From Octopus vulgaris (taxonomy: Eukaryota): DNA of 64,000 nt. The stretch's first letter is position 1; every line of letters begins with the position of its first letter. The notes beneath the pieces are model-generated. The model was not told the origin of the DNA. It was given only the letters and a program-made list of their open reading frames with translations, and did no database searches. This document shows positions 48,081 to 62,684 of this stretch, one piece after another. Position numbers and translations under genes: made by a program. The DNA lies in the NCBI GenBank assembly GCA_951406725.2, contig OX597817.1:57784001-57848000 (forward strand), in the 5' to 3' direction.

Positions 48081-48261
48081 ACATATATATTCATACATAT
48101 ATACATACATATATATATATACATATACATATATATACATATACATATATACATACATATANNNNNNNNNNNNNNNNNNNNNNNNNNNNNNNNNNNNNNN
48201 NNNNNNNNNNNNNNNNNNNNNNNNNNNNNNNNNNNNNNNNNNNNNNNNNNNNNNNNNNNNN

Positions 48262-49186
48262 CAAGATCTGGATGCCATATACAAATGGGCTGAAGACAAC
48301 AACATGCAATTTAATGCTGGTAAATTTCAAGCCTTACAATATCAAGCTGTAAACACATATACATTACAACACAACTATACTGGTCCAGGAGGGATCGAAA
48401 TCCCAGTATCGAAATCAATACGGGACCTGGGGATAGACATGAGTGACGATGCATCTTTTTCTTCACACATCGCGAAGGTGGCGACAATGTGCAGACGACT
48501 CACTGGCTGGATCCTGAGGACATTCCGGACAAGAGACTGCGAGACCATGTTGACACTATGGAGGACATTTGTCCTAAGCCGCCTGGACTACTGCTCCCAA
48601 CTGTGGTCACCGCATAGTGTCAAACTAACCACAGAGCTTGAGACAATCCAAAGACATTTCACCAAGAGGATTTCCACCATGAAAGAAAAGAACTATTGGG
48701 AGAGGCTTAGGGAACTCAATTTGTACTCCTTGGAACGAAGACGAGAGAGATATGCAGTGATATACATATGGAAAATCCTGGAGGGACTAGCACCAAATTT
48801 TGGAATTGAGAGCTGTTCCAATCCCCGTACAGGACGTCACTGTGTGGTGCCAAAGGTCCCGTCTTCCACATCCAGGGTAAGGAGCAGATACTGTAATAGC
48901 CTGGGGTTCAGGGGCCCTCAGCTTTTCAACAAACTGCCAAGAAAACTAAGAGATCTACATGATGCGGATGTGGACATTTTCAAAAAACATCTAGACAAGC
49001 TGCTTTCCGGGATCCCAGATGAACCCACTGCAAGGTACGAAGGTAACCTAAGGGCAGCAGCTACAAACTCTCTCTTAGATCAGTGGCCAGCCACGGCAAA
49101 CTGGACTTAGAGAGGGTAGCAACAAGGGCGGTGCCCCAGCATGGCCTCAGCCGGATGGCTGAAACAAGTAAAAGAGTAAAAGAGTA
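48262..49186 (+). mobile_element. LINE family B 3' portion (open ORF2 C-terminus to TAG 49110) with (AGTAAAAG)n tail
   Basis: QDLDAIYKWAEDNNMQFNAGKF...LYSLERRRERY...GPQLFN...IPDEPT is homologous to but diverged from family A. Lies between N gaps. Confidence 0.93.
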
Positions 49187-49189
49187 TAC

Positions 49190-49220
<31 letters not shown>

Positions 49221-52200
49221 CATATATACATATATATATATACATATATATATATACATATACNNNNNNNNNNNNNNNNNNNNNNNNNNNNNNNNNNNNN
49301 NNNNNNNNNNNNNNNNNNNNNNNNNNNNNNNNNNNNNNNNNNNNNNNNNNNNNNNNNNNNNNNTTGGCAGTGCCTGAGGAATTTCAATTCAATTTGGTTT
49401 CCCAATAGTTAAAATGGTGAGTTAACATTGGGCATTTGGTAAAGTAAGTCCCTGTAGTAGACTGAGGGTGATGAAATCAACTTTACATTCTCCCCCCCCT
49501 ACCCTTAGTCAAGAGGTCATAATATCATTACTCAGAAAAAAGTTCTTGTCATTATTTCCTGTTGCAAGGCACAAAGATACCATTATGTGTGTCTCATTGG
49601 ATCTGATCAACAGAACAGCCTGCTTGTGAAATTATTTCTTTATTGCTCACATTGACCTAAACATAGAGGGGACAAACAAAGGGATTAAGTCAATTACATC
49701 GACCCCAGTGCGTAACTGATACTTGTTTAATTGACCCTGAAAGGATGAAAGGCAAAGTCGACCTCAGCAGAATTTGAACTCAGAACGTAAAGCTGGACGA
49801 AATACTGCTAAGCATTTCGCCCGGTGTGCTAATGATTCTGCCAGCTCACTTATGAAATTATTGTGCAAGTGGCTGAGTACTCCACAGACACATGTACCCT
49901 TAACATAGTTCTCAGGGAGATTGTGTGACAGGGCTGGCCTCTTTGAATGATGACAGATACCACTCATTTTTTTTTTCTACTCTAGGCACTAGGAATTTTG
50001 GGGAATGGGGCCAGTTGATTAGATCAACCCCAGTGTGTAACTGGTACTTAATTTATCGAATCCGAAAGGATGAAAGGCAATGTTGACCTCGGTGGAATTT
50101 GAACTCGGAACGTAAAGACAGATGAAATACCGCTAAGCATTTCACCCGGCATGCTAATGTTTCTGCCAGCTCGCTACCTTAGGTACAACTCATTTTTACC
50201 AGCTGAGTGAACTGGAGCAATGTGAAATAGAGAGTCTTGCTCAAGGACACAATGTGACACCAGAATTGAACTCACGATCACGAGCTAAGTACCCAACATT
50301 AAGCCATGTTCCTTCATATGTATGTATGTCTTGTTTTACTATATATATATATTGCTTGTGATGATGACATAGGTTGGGTAGTTTGACAGGATCCAATATG
50401 TTGAGGACCAAGTCCCACTGCAGCATCTTAACAAAGCTGAGACATTGGAGCAGGATGTGTTTCTGCAATGCATCTGATCCTGTTGCACCACCCACCGCAT
50501 CCCAACATAGAAAGTGCATCTAAAAATGATTTTTATACTTATAAGTCTGATGAAAGCTTGCAAGCCCAAACTTCAAAGTCACTGTTACTCCACTTCTTGT
50601 AAAATTATTGAGCAATTATTTAGTTTAACCCTTTCGTTACTGTATTTAATTTGAGATGATCTGTCAGCTTCTTTTAATTACTTTAAATATAACAAAGAAT
50701 TTAGTAAAATAACTTAGTTATCATTAAGCTTGTGTTAGGAACATAAATTGTGACTAAGGTTTGGTGGAAGATTCTAATTCAAAACTTACGAAAACAAGAC
50801 ATTTGTACTCAGAACCAAAGCCGGTTTCAGCCGGGTTGGTAACGGAAGGGTTAATGTAAAATTGTTTTTTATTATAACTTGCCATAAAGACATTAATATA
50901 TACACTCTGAAACAAGGCACATACGTGCTCCATTGAGTATATCATGATTAGTTAAGTGGCATATTTTTCAGCAAAGTGCTCAAAAAACTAACCATATAAA
51001 TTAGGGATTATTTGGGGCTATGACATTAAGTCTACACAGTAAAGAAAAGACCAGTTTCTGAAATTGCACACAAACCAGTCTTTTATAAATTCTATTAATC
51101 GTTCTCCCCCCATCAACCCTCATGTCTTCTTTGCTATTTTGATAATGTTTATTTTTTTTTGTGTCAGTTCTAAAGCATTATGATTTTATGCTAATTCTAT
51201 TCTTTATACATTGGAGATAGAACTGCAAAGATCCATATACTGTCAGTAAAATTATGGATTGCTGTGTGCTGGGAAGCTGCTTCAAAGGATTTTTGACTGG
51301 ATTACATCACCTCTGGTACTTATATCATTCTCTACTTGTTGAACCACTAAGTTATCGGATACAAAGACACAAACACACACACATGACAACTTCCACAGAG
51401 TTTCCACCTCCCAGTTTCATTCTCAAGTGATTGTGGTCAGCTGGAGGCAACAGTAGAAGATACTTGGGCACCCCAAGGTGCCACCCAGAGGGACCAAGGC
51501 TGAAGCCAATGGGGTTGTCGTACAGACTTCTTAACTGCATGGCCATATACGGATGTATGGAGGAGTGCGTGGCTCAGTTTGCACCTCAGGGAAAGGGTCT
51601 TCTGCTGTGGCTCTGAACCAGCCAAAGACTTCTCTGACTGAAGTTAGGAGACAGAAACTCGGTAGAAGCCTATGTGTGTAAAATGAGTTCCTTTTTTTTA
51701 ACTTGCTATTTATAATTTAACTAAATGTCCTGACATAAAATTACGATATAAGGTATGAATTTAAAATAGGTTGTGCTATAGAAGTAGGGGTGGTTCCAGG
51801 CTGGTTTTATTGAGGGTGACTGTAATGTGTTGACAAGTTAATGTTGGCCATAACAGTTTGTAAATATCTATATTGAATATTCTTGGGATAAATTGGAGAA
51901 TTTTCTTAATCCCAGCTGCCTATCTGTGAAAAATGGACCAAAGAAACCAGCTGGGTAACAATGTCAGCTTTACTTTGAAACCATTTCCAGGGTTGTAGTT
52001 TGAGGAAAAGTGCTACTCTTTCTGTTCCAGAGGATGTCTGGTGGAGACTGATGTCGTAAATCACAGAGGAAGCTTCTGCAATTTCCTGCTGAGCAACCGG
52101 TGCATCTACAGACATTGTTATTATTTGTTCTGGTTTAGTTTCTTCAATGCTTGTCTGAATCAGATGGAAATTACTTCTCAAATGAGACATCAGCTATTTA

Positions 52201-55200
52201 TTGTTGAAAATAGAACTACTTCTAGCAACAACCAGGTAAAACCGAAGAAAGGCAAGTCATGTACTGAGTCAAGGCCCCTAATATAAATTTGGAGCGTATA
52301 ATTATATAGACTATAGTCCAGTAATGAAAACTCATGAGCATCAATTAAGGTTTCTAACATGAGTAGAAGGCCACAAACTTTTGGGAAAGGAATCGATGTT
52401 AATACAGATGCAACACTGACTTTCTGGACCCTGACAGTCCTGAACCTTTCATAATCGGCACCAATTTACACTAATGTACATCGAACTGTATTTCATTTAA
52501 TTATTTAATAATTGTCTAATTTTTGTTTAGTTTAGAGTGTGTTAATCAAGGTGACCAACTGCAGTTCAGAAAATTTGGTCATCCAGAAAAGACTTTGGAA
52601 ACAATGGCTGTGGGGAAAAAGATCAATTTTGTGCCAGGAGTTTGATGGGGACTTAGTGACCCTGGAATGATGAAAGGGTAGGTGAACTTTTATGGAATTT
52701 CAAGTCCGAATATAACTAAACACCACAAAGCATTCTGTTTGTTGCTCAACTGATTCTACTAAAGTGAAACTTGTTCACTAAATGTTTAATTTGTATCTTT
52801 ATATCGTACAACTGTCAACTTGGAACTGTCGAAGAGGAACATGAATAGCACTGACTTTGTCAGTCTTAGAGGGTCTGTTAAAAGCCATTGTACAGATCCT
52901 TGTTCCAGGCCAAACCATTAACCCTTTGGCATTCAGACGACTCTCTCAAATGCAAGGCTTATTTATTCACCATTGTTAAGAATTAACCATGCATCATCTT
53001 GTTATTTCAACATTTCAATGACATTGTAGGGGAGGCGTGAGAGGTCAGAACTGGACAGTTGCGACATAAAACAAGTAGAATAGTTGGGTTGGATATACGG
53101 CTAGAGTGAAAGTTTAAAAAAAATTAAAACAAATAGAAAACTACCTAAATGATAAAGCTTAAAAATATATATTAGAAAGCTAAGTTAAGATTGATCTGCC
53201 TCACACGGTTTGTTATAATCCCTCATAATCTTTGCACAAGGTTATGCATTTTTTGAAATGAAAAACAAAAAAAATACTCAATTTAATCAAGTGGTATTAT
53301 TTTACTGATCTGAGAGATTAGGGAAATGACAGTTGAAAATGTCATTGGTAGGATTTGAACTCAGGTTGAGGAGGGAAGTACCTTGACACTGTGAGGTATT
53401 TTTTTTATTATAAAGATATAATGAGATGTTAAGCCTAGAAGTATGACAGAGAAAGACACTCATGCTAGGATTTGAACTCTGATCACTGGGGTACTGTACT
53501 TGGTTATGAAAGAATCTATGAAAATTACTAGAATTATAATGGTTTTTAATTTAGACACAAGGCCAGCAGTATTTTGATGGGATGGGCAGAGTCAATAGTG
53601 GTACTTTATTTTATTGACCCCAGAAGGATAAAAGGCAAAGTTGACTCTAACAACATTTGAACTCAGAATGTAAAGTGTCAAATGAAACCCAGCAAGGCAT
53701 TCTTTCTGATGTGCAAATGGTTCTGCCAAACCGTCGTCCTGGTAACAATAACAGTAACCATTTCTAGTTTCTTATTTCGGTACAAGGCCAGCAATTTTTT
53801 GAGGGAGACGATTGTTTATTACAAAACATTAGAGGGTAGTAGTTATTTAGTGTCTTGCTTAGAGCAGGGCATGAACCCAAGGAACCTTGAGTCGGGTACA
53901 TGAGTCACTGGTTTAATATGAATACTGACAGGCACCATAGGTTAGTAATAAGTTAGTGGAGCATGGTCACTCCGAGTCTTTTCACTTACATAGTTCTCCT
54001 TGACAAGGGTCACTTGGTCCTCCTTGTCAAAATAAAAAACCAATATTAATGGAATAATTATAGATGTTCCTGACATGAACAAAGAAACTCAATTTTATTG
54101 CTGAAGGAAAATAAAAAGATTGTGACATTCAAGTTGTGGAAGGGAAGCAAATTTTTCCAGCAAGCTAACTCTGTGGAATGCTTTCGGTTCCTTCAGAACA
54201 GGTTTGCTTCCAATGGTATTTCTAATGAAGCTGAGAAAGGCATTTACACCACACCGTGCTCAATTCCATCTTTATTTACAAGTATGATGACTTAGTTTCT
54301 TAGTAAAGAATCTACAACCTCCTGATCTCATCTTTTTGGGTTAATTCCCCACGCTCAGACTGGTGTAACAACCTGCCACCTTCAGGTACAACATCTCATA
54401 CACACTCACTAAAATCATCCTAAAGTCAGGGCTGATGTAGCTGATAAAAAAAACCCCATCAAAACTAGCAGTTTAACCCCAGTGATGATGATGATGATAA
54501 AATATATTGGCGGGAGAGAGCGAGACAATGCTGAGAATCTGAAGATGACAAGGCATGGCAAGGGATGCATTTGTCTTAAGGGATTGGGTCTAATACTGCT
54601 TCGTGTCAACATTCAAAGCAACAAGAAACACAATGTAGTCTTGTTCTTTTAACTGTTCTTTGTTTTCCCTTACAGAGAGGTACATGACCAGATATTATTG
54701 AGGAAGGCTCGGTCGATTAAACTGACCCACATACTTGGCTAGTACTTTATGAAACCCAGCAGGATTGGAGGCAAAGAAGACAGCAACGGGATTTGAACTC
54801 GGAACATAAAGAGCTTTAAGTGAGTACCACAAATATATTTTGTCTGATGCTCTTCTGATTTCTACCAATCTGCCACTCCTTCCTCCAGTATTTTACCAAT
54901 TTAAGTGGAATGGTCATGGCATGGTTTGAAAAGAGCTGACTCCTTGTTTGCCTTTAGCAAGGCACATTCTATTGCAGCCCTTCAGGCCAAGAAGGGGAGA
55001 TAACTTCCCTTCCTGTCAGTCACAGTGACCATCAAAAAGGGTCACGGACACTGCCCTTCGTCCTCTATGCCCTAAAAAAAAAAGATTAGGAACCCAGCTC
55101 GATGCATTCTATGGATTTACTGAGAGCTTTATATGAGGATTAGAGATTATTAAAAATAATGAAATGGTTATGTTTTTGGAGGGTGAAATCGCCTTAGGAA

Positions 55201-58200
55201 TAATAGCAGATTGAGACAAAGGTAGACCCCCACAATTGACCATATTACCAATCACCTTCCTAATAGCAATTTTTGTACAGAGACTTAAGGCCATAAATTT
55301 AGGGGGCAAGGTACAATCAATTACATTGACCCTGATACTTGATTGCTACTTCGTTTTATCAACCAGGGAAAGGTAAAAGGCAAAGTGAACTTTGATGGGG
55401 TTTGAACTCAGATTATAAAGGGTCCAAACCAAATACCACAAGGCATTTTGTTCTAACAATTTTGTCAACCCACTGCCATCAGTTTCTAATTCAGGGAGCT
55501 ATAGGTCAGAAATGGGGAGGGGGGTTGAATCGATGTTTGTACTTGAATGGTACTCTAATTAATTGACCCCTAAGGGTAGAAATCAAAGTTGACATTGGTA
55601 GAATTGGAATGCAGAACCCAAAGATCTGGAACAAATACTGCGAGGCATTTTGTTCAAGGGTCAAATGGTTCAAGGTCAAAAATCAAGGGGAGGGGCATTC
55701 ATTCCAGTACTTGTCTGGGACTTTATTTTATCGACCCTTGAAAGGATGAAGGTCAAGGTTGACCTCAGTGGAATTTGAACTCAGAATTCAAAGAAATGCT
55801 ATTTAAGCATTTTGCCTGGGGGCACCACTGATTCAGTCAGACTGGCGCTTTGATAAAGGTTTCAAATGTTGGGTGTGGGTGGGTGGGTGGATGTTAGTTG
55901 ATTACATCGACCCTGGTACTTGACTGGTGCTTTATTTTATCAGCCCCAAAAGGATGAATGGCCAAGTCGACCTTGGCTGTGCTTGAACTCAGAATGTAAA
56001 GAGTACCAGCCAACAATTCTGCCAATTTGCCACATTAATAACGATGTATTTAATTTTTGCTTTGTTCAGGAACCCCAAAAATGTTAATGTCATGGATAAA
56101 TTGGAACGATAAGTTGCTACTAATGATGGCGCTGAATGTTTGGTGGCAAGGTCAAAGGTCACAGAAATTTAGGCAACCTGGTGTCAATATCACAAATACT
56201 TTTTAGGGGGTGGGGTGGGGGGAAATCGCTGTTAGAGAATCAGAAACTCTGGTAATCACAGCTGTAAGACCCTGCTGGAGGACTCTCACCACACACACAC
56301 ATAGGAGGTGGTCAGTATTGGACTGATATATACACACACACACATCTGGAGAGTGAAGAATGAAAACGGAAGAAAATACACATTGAAAACATCAACAGAA
56401 GAAAAAAATAGAAAAAATAAATTTCAAAAGTGATCCCTTCTCCAAGAGTTAGGCTGGACCCTATCTCTTTGATAATAGTACACCTCCACAGTTGTACTCC
56501 ATTCGCCACACAATACAGTTTAAATAAGAAAAAGGCAAAAAAAAAAAAGCCAAAAAAGAAAAAAAAAAGAGCAAACGTGATAGAGTCATGGGAGTCATCA
56601 GAAGGCACAGGCACTTGTATTCACTCTGAATCAATGGGCTTTTTATATGATTAGGTTACCAGGCCTTATGTTGTACATTTATGACTTGGTTCAGTGGAGC
56701 AGAGTATTGGTGACCAGGTCCAGTGGAATGGAGAATTGGTGATGAGGTCCAGCAGAATAGATTCTCAGTGTGGTTGTCACAGATGGACAGCTTGGTCTTA
56801 CGGAACAGAGTATTCAAGAACTAAATGGCAGATGTATAATTAGGTCCAGCAGAGTAAAGTATCAGCAATTAAGCCATAGATGTATAATTAGGCCATTGGG
56901 AGGAACAGCCTTGGTGATCAAGTGGCAGATGTTCTTGCTGACCAGAATATCAATGATCAGGTTATAGGAGACATGGGCAAATGGTCAAGAATGTCAGTGA
57001 CCAAGTTACACAACTTGTTCCAGCACAAGCTAAATACCTATTTCTTTACTACCCACAAGGAGCTAAACACAGAGGGGACAAACGGAATAAGTCGATTACA
57101 TCGACTCCAGTGCGTAACTGGTACTTAATTTATCGACCCCGAAAGGATGAAAGGCAAAGTCGACCTTGGCGGGATTTGAACTCAGATTGTAAAGACGGAT
57201 GAAATACCTATTTCTTTACTACCCACAAGGGGCTAAACGCAGATAGGACAAACGGATTAAGTCGATTACATCGACTCCAGTGCGTAACTAGTACTTAATT
57301 TATCGACCCTGAAAGGATGAAAGGCAAAGTCAACCTTGGCGGAATTTGAACTCAGAATGTAGCAGCAGACGAAATACCACTAAGCATTTCGCCCGGCGTG
57401 CTAATGTCTCTGCCAGCTCGCAGGTAAATGGACACCAAAGATTGATACTACTTCAAAATAATAATGAATGATAGTGCCTGTGTTTTGAATGACCAACATG
57501 ACTCTAACCCAATGCAACTGGTTCAGTTTCAACAAACTATTTTCAGATGAAATGACCTGTCAAACAAATAAACCCCTGGAATATATCGTATAAAATAAAT
57601 ATGAAGTTATGAAGTTAAATAATGGAATATAAAAAAAAAAAAAACAACAACAACAGCAAGATATTGTGAATACATAGAAAGCTTTTTGAAAGAAAAATAA
57701 CTTTTTACAACAGTTTTTTTTTTGTTCTCTTCTTGACAGTTGCAGTTAAGTAGAGTCAAGTGACTTAACCAAGGATATAAAACAATTGTTGCAGTAGTAC
57801 ATGACCACACACACACACGCAATAATAACCTTTTATACAGAGCCCCACAAAGATTACGCTGGGATTCACACCGCTACCGACAAGTGGAGAAGTACAGCAG
57901 CAACTGTTGGATTCAGGCCAAGTCCACCTTTGCAGTGACCACCTCCAGAATTTACAGGTGTTACAGAAACAGACTGGACAGTAGAGTGGAAAGAGTATCA
58001 CACTGCACCCCATACAATAAAACCGCTGGTTGCTGGAATCTGCAGAACCATCTTCATCTGTGGTATTGGCAGCTGCTTAGAATCTGCAGGCCTGTATGTA
58101 GCTATTTGACTGATAATCCTTGTGCCCAGAGCTCATTTGGGAGTTCCGTAAACAACTTGTTACAGACGCAAAACCTCAGATTAAATAGCAGAGACAAGTA

Positions 58201-59674
58201 TGAGGGTGTGTGATGTTCATGCCTCTACCAAAATGGCAATGGTGATGAAAGCAAAATGATTATAATTTGGAACTGAAATCAATTAGAATGTTTTGCTTAA
58301 TGAGGGGGTTGATCTCAACTCTCCTGTTCTGCCCCCCATCATATTTCTCAGCAACTTCAAAGGGATCAGGGGTTAGTCGATGATTAAACCGATCCAAATA
58401 CTTAACTGGCACTTCATTGTTATTGACCCCCCCACCACCACCAAAAAGATGAAAGGCAAAGTTGACCTCTGTGGAATTTGAACTCAGAACGTAAACAAGC
58501 GGAACAAATACCATGAGACACTTTTTCTGACGTTGCTCTAATTGATTCTTCTGCTAGCTCACTTCCTTAACAACAACACCTGATTGAGGCCCAAGGCCAG
58601 CAATTTTGTGGCAGGTAGGAGTTAGTTGATTGCACCAATCTCTAAAGGACAAAAGGCATACCTGACCTCAGTAGCATTTGAACTCAGAACATCATGGACT
58701 GAAAGCAATGCTAAGCATTCATCAGACTCAATGATTCTGCCTGCTTGTCATCTTAATAATAATAATAATAACGATCCTTTCTACTACAGACACAAGGCTT
58801 GAAATGTTGGGGGGAAATTGGGGCAGTCGATTACATTGACCCCCTCCAGTACATGACTGGTTCTCATTTTACCAATGTTGAAAGGATGAAAGGCAGAGTC
58901 AGCCTTGGCAGGATTTGAACTCACAATGTAACGAGTCACATTTTGCTAAGTGTTGCTAAGCATTTTGCCCGACACACCAATGGTTCTGCCTGCTTCTCAC
59001 AATAATTAATAATACTGGTTTCTGATCATTAGAAAAATAAAAAAAACGAAGAGAACAGCTGGAAACTGGGAGGTGTTCTCTTGAAATTGACCTCAGCCAA
59101 CCAACCGCTAGAACCACAACAACAATATCAAATAAGTGGTGGGCAGCAGTGGAGATGGTGGGGGTGGTAGTGTTACGAAGGGAAGTAATACTGTCCATCT
59201 TCAGCGTTTTATTGAAGGAGGGCCTCTCTACCACAGAGGTTGCTCAAGCCGCCCCGCCTTTCCCTCCCAGGTGCTGGCATTGACCACCTGTAGTCCTCTT
59301 CCCACTTTCACTCTCTCATTAACCTTTCATCTGAACATGATGATGATGGTTACAATGATGATCATCCAGTCTGGTTTCAGCCCCTCACCTCAACAACAAC
59401 AACAGTAAGAAGGAAAAATAAAAAAAAAATAAATAAAAATAGGAACCCAACAAAAACATAAAAATGAGCAAGTTCATTGCAACGGTTGCTGTGGAGTACT
59501 CAATACGTGGTTACTCTTCAGTTACTCTCGGCCAACTGCTTCAATGATACTTTATTTTCCTCTCCACCCTGGGGCTTCTTCCTCCAGTGGTTCTTCTGTT
59601 GCTGCTGCTGTACTATTTTATTATTTTTTTTTAATCATTATTATTGTTTTGTTTTTTGCTTGGTTTTATTTTTT

Positions 59675-60531
59675 TTACTTCTCTTGGCTCCAGCGCATTG
59701 CTCTGTGTTGTCTTCTCACCTCTCGCACGTCCTCGTACGTGTGTTGGCGCAGTACACGCTCGCGAGCGTCTGCAGCCGTCGCCCTCGTCATTGCTGCAAC
59801 CGGTGCAGCTGGTGTTGTCGTTGCACTGGCACAGCCAGACGACGGTGGTGACGGGCTCGAAGGTTTTGGCAGCTGTGCAGCATCCACTTCCTCATAGAAG
59901 TGGCGTCGCTGTGCCTTACTTTGGCGCAGTGCAGCCGCCTTGCGCTGCGCGTCCTCCACCGTCTCGTAGTTAGGATCGTACTCGCTGTCATTCTCACTGC
60001 CGGTGCCATCTCTCAGACTCTGATAATCGGGGTCGGTACGTGGGGATATTGTGGATGAATTCCTTGCTGAGGAATCAGGTGTGTCCCTCTTGCTTGACGA
60101 GGGCAAATCACAGGAGCCCGAGGCGGCCTCTTGCGACTTCCCCGCTCCTCCTGCCCCCGCCCCTGATGATGTTGCAACTGACAAGGATGCAATTGAAAAT
60201 CCACCCAAGGGACTTCTTGGTTTGTGTCCACCTCCCAAGGAGGGTGGAGGCAGCTGGTGGGAATCATTATGGTTAGCAAGACCTTTCTGAGATGAAGATG
60301 ACATGGTTTGTGTTGATGGGGATGCTGACGGAACGTCATAGTGTGCTTGTGAGAAGTCTATGGGGAACGTACGACGTTTGCTCACCACATCGTACTCGTG
60401 TGGCAACTCAGCAGCCGCCTGTAAAAAGTCACCCCCTGACCGACGGAAGTCGTTGCCATGGGGATTCTGTTTTGTTACAGTTCGTAAGGAATCAAGTGAT
60501 GGTGGAACGGGTGCAGATTCCGCGTGTAAAC
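59675..60531 (-). CDS. Probable terminal coding exon of a disordered, tyrosine-motif-rich adaptor-like protein
   Basis: Acceptor ttgttttgttttctgtttcag|GT (phase 1), then about 285 open GC-rich codons to TAA 59677-59675. Motifs YDVV, YDVP, YQSL, NYETV, YEEV and YEDV. Confidence 0.8.
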
Positions 60532-61423
60532 CTGAAACAGAAAACAAAACAAGAAATTTATTCAACAATGGAAAGACAAAGGGTTGTGCAAGAAGTTTTC
60601 TTGTCTACGGGACAATATACACTATACTGCTTGCGGTGAGATTTGAACCTAGGACTCACAGGTTAACTGCCAACAGAATGAAATGATTGGACATAGCTGT
60701 TTGGAAGCTGATGATTTGGTCTGCCTGATTGGACATTCAGGCTGTTTTGGCAACAGTATTTTACAGTGCTGGAGGCAAATATGCATCAATAAACCTGTAC
60801 AGACTAAACGAGAGAGATATTGACACGTTTGATGCCAAACAAATCAGCTGTGATTTCAGCAAATGCCAAATAAGTGGTGCCAAAATGTCTCAAATCCATC
60901 TGCCAGGTATTTATTATCCTTTTGATATTCAGATTTCTCTGTCATATGGTAATTCTTATTTATTCACATTGTTTTGAATTAATCGTACATTATCTCATAG
61001 CTTCAACATTTCAACGATGTAATTGTTTATCTTTAGAATGACATTGCAAGATAGATGCGAGAGGCCAGATCCAGCCGGTTTAAATGCTAAAGGGTTATCA
61101 TATACTCAATCATGCCATGCCTGATTGGTCTTTCTACATGAGTGATTCTTGATATTTTTGTATTGAGTGCTACACTAGAGATCAAATAAAAGAAAAACAA
61201 AAACTTACTGTCATCATCATTGTTTAACATCTACCTTCCCTGCTAGCATGGGTTGGATGGTTCAACCGGGGTCTGGGAAGCCAGAAGGCTGCACCAGGCT
61301 CCAATCTGATCTGGCAGAGTTTCTACTGCTGGATGCCCTTCCTAACGCCAACCACTCTGAGAGTGTAGTGGGAGCTTTTTATGTTGACGTATACCAAAAA
61401 TATGTTCTTTCAAGAAGATCAAC

Positions 61424-62684
61424 TATTTGCATGGATTTTCTAAATAATGCGGGTTTGTTATACTTCTATTTTCAAAATTAAGATAAACAAAATTCTTTTT
61501 TAATCTTAAATACATTCTCCTTCATTTTCTACAATGTTCTTCTACCTATCTTGTAGACTTGCAAGGCCCTCCCCCCCTTCCAAAATTCACTTGTCTGTGA
61601 TGAAAAATACTCCTCAAATACTGTTCTGACCTCGTCTACAGTTTTGAAGACTGCAGAACATAGGATAATCAGATGGAGCAATGTCCAGTGACTATGGTGG
61701 GTGGAGCATCGTTTCGCATTCAGACTGCTCCAGCCTTTGGGATGTCATCCACACTGTATGTATTACACGATGAGCATTATCCTGATGGAAGAACACCTTT
61801 TGTCTTGAAACCAAAGATGGTCGATTTTCTTCTAGCGCTGACTTAAGCTGCTCAAGCTGTTCCCATTAGATTGCCTTTGTTATCGTTTGGTTTGGGTTTA
61901 AATGTTCAAAGTGATCTAAACCTTTCATATCCCACCAAACAGATAACACCTTACGTAGGTGAAGACCTTCTATAGCCTGGCATGCCACTGTTTCTCTTTT
62001 CCCTACCTACTGTCTTCGGTGATTGACATTTTTATAGAGAACCCATTTCTCATCACCAGTCAGTCCAAAAAAGGTTCATTTGTGAGACGTGACAGCAAAG
62101 AAGAGCACATATTCATTCTCTGTGTGCGATTAGACTCGGAAAGTTTGTGTGGAACCCATTGACCCAATTTGCCGACTTTTCCAATGGCACGCAGGTGTCG
62201 ATGAACGGTTGAATGACCAAATGCAAGCTTCTCTACTAGTTCCTCTATAGTTACAATGGGATTTTGTTCCATCAGGATTTGCAGGACATCCTTGTTGAGC
62301 TCTCCAAATCTTCCAGGACAAGGCACGTCTTCTAGGCTGTAGCCTCCAGCTCAGAATTTCTGGAACCACCATTGACCCTGGTTTATGCTTATTGTCCGAT
62401 CCCCATATACTGCATTAATATTCCTCGCACTTTCTGTTGCATTGTTGCCTTTATTGAACTCATAAAGCAAAATATGCTGAATATACTCCTTTGTCACTTC
62501 CATTACAGCTTTGAAAAAATAATTGTTAAATTGGAACTGCACTCTTCAAAACTTGCACTAAGAATAAGTCCAAAGTAAAATTACTACCTGCTTTTATAGC
62601 AAGTTGATGCAGGTAGTTTATCCTATCCCCTTCCAACTTTTAATGTAATTGTAAAAACCGCATTATTTATAGAATGACCCAATA
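61424..62684 (-). mobile_element. Degenerate full-length mariner transposon
   Basis: MEVTKEYIQHILLYEFNKGNNATESARNINAVYG, WVPHKLSE and HPP..LDIAPSDY remnants. Terminal TAAATAATGCGG (61441) is inverted as CCGCATTATTTA (62658). Confidence 0.88.
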
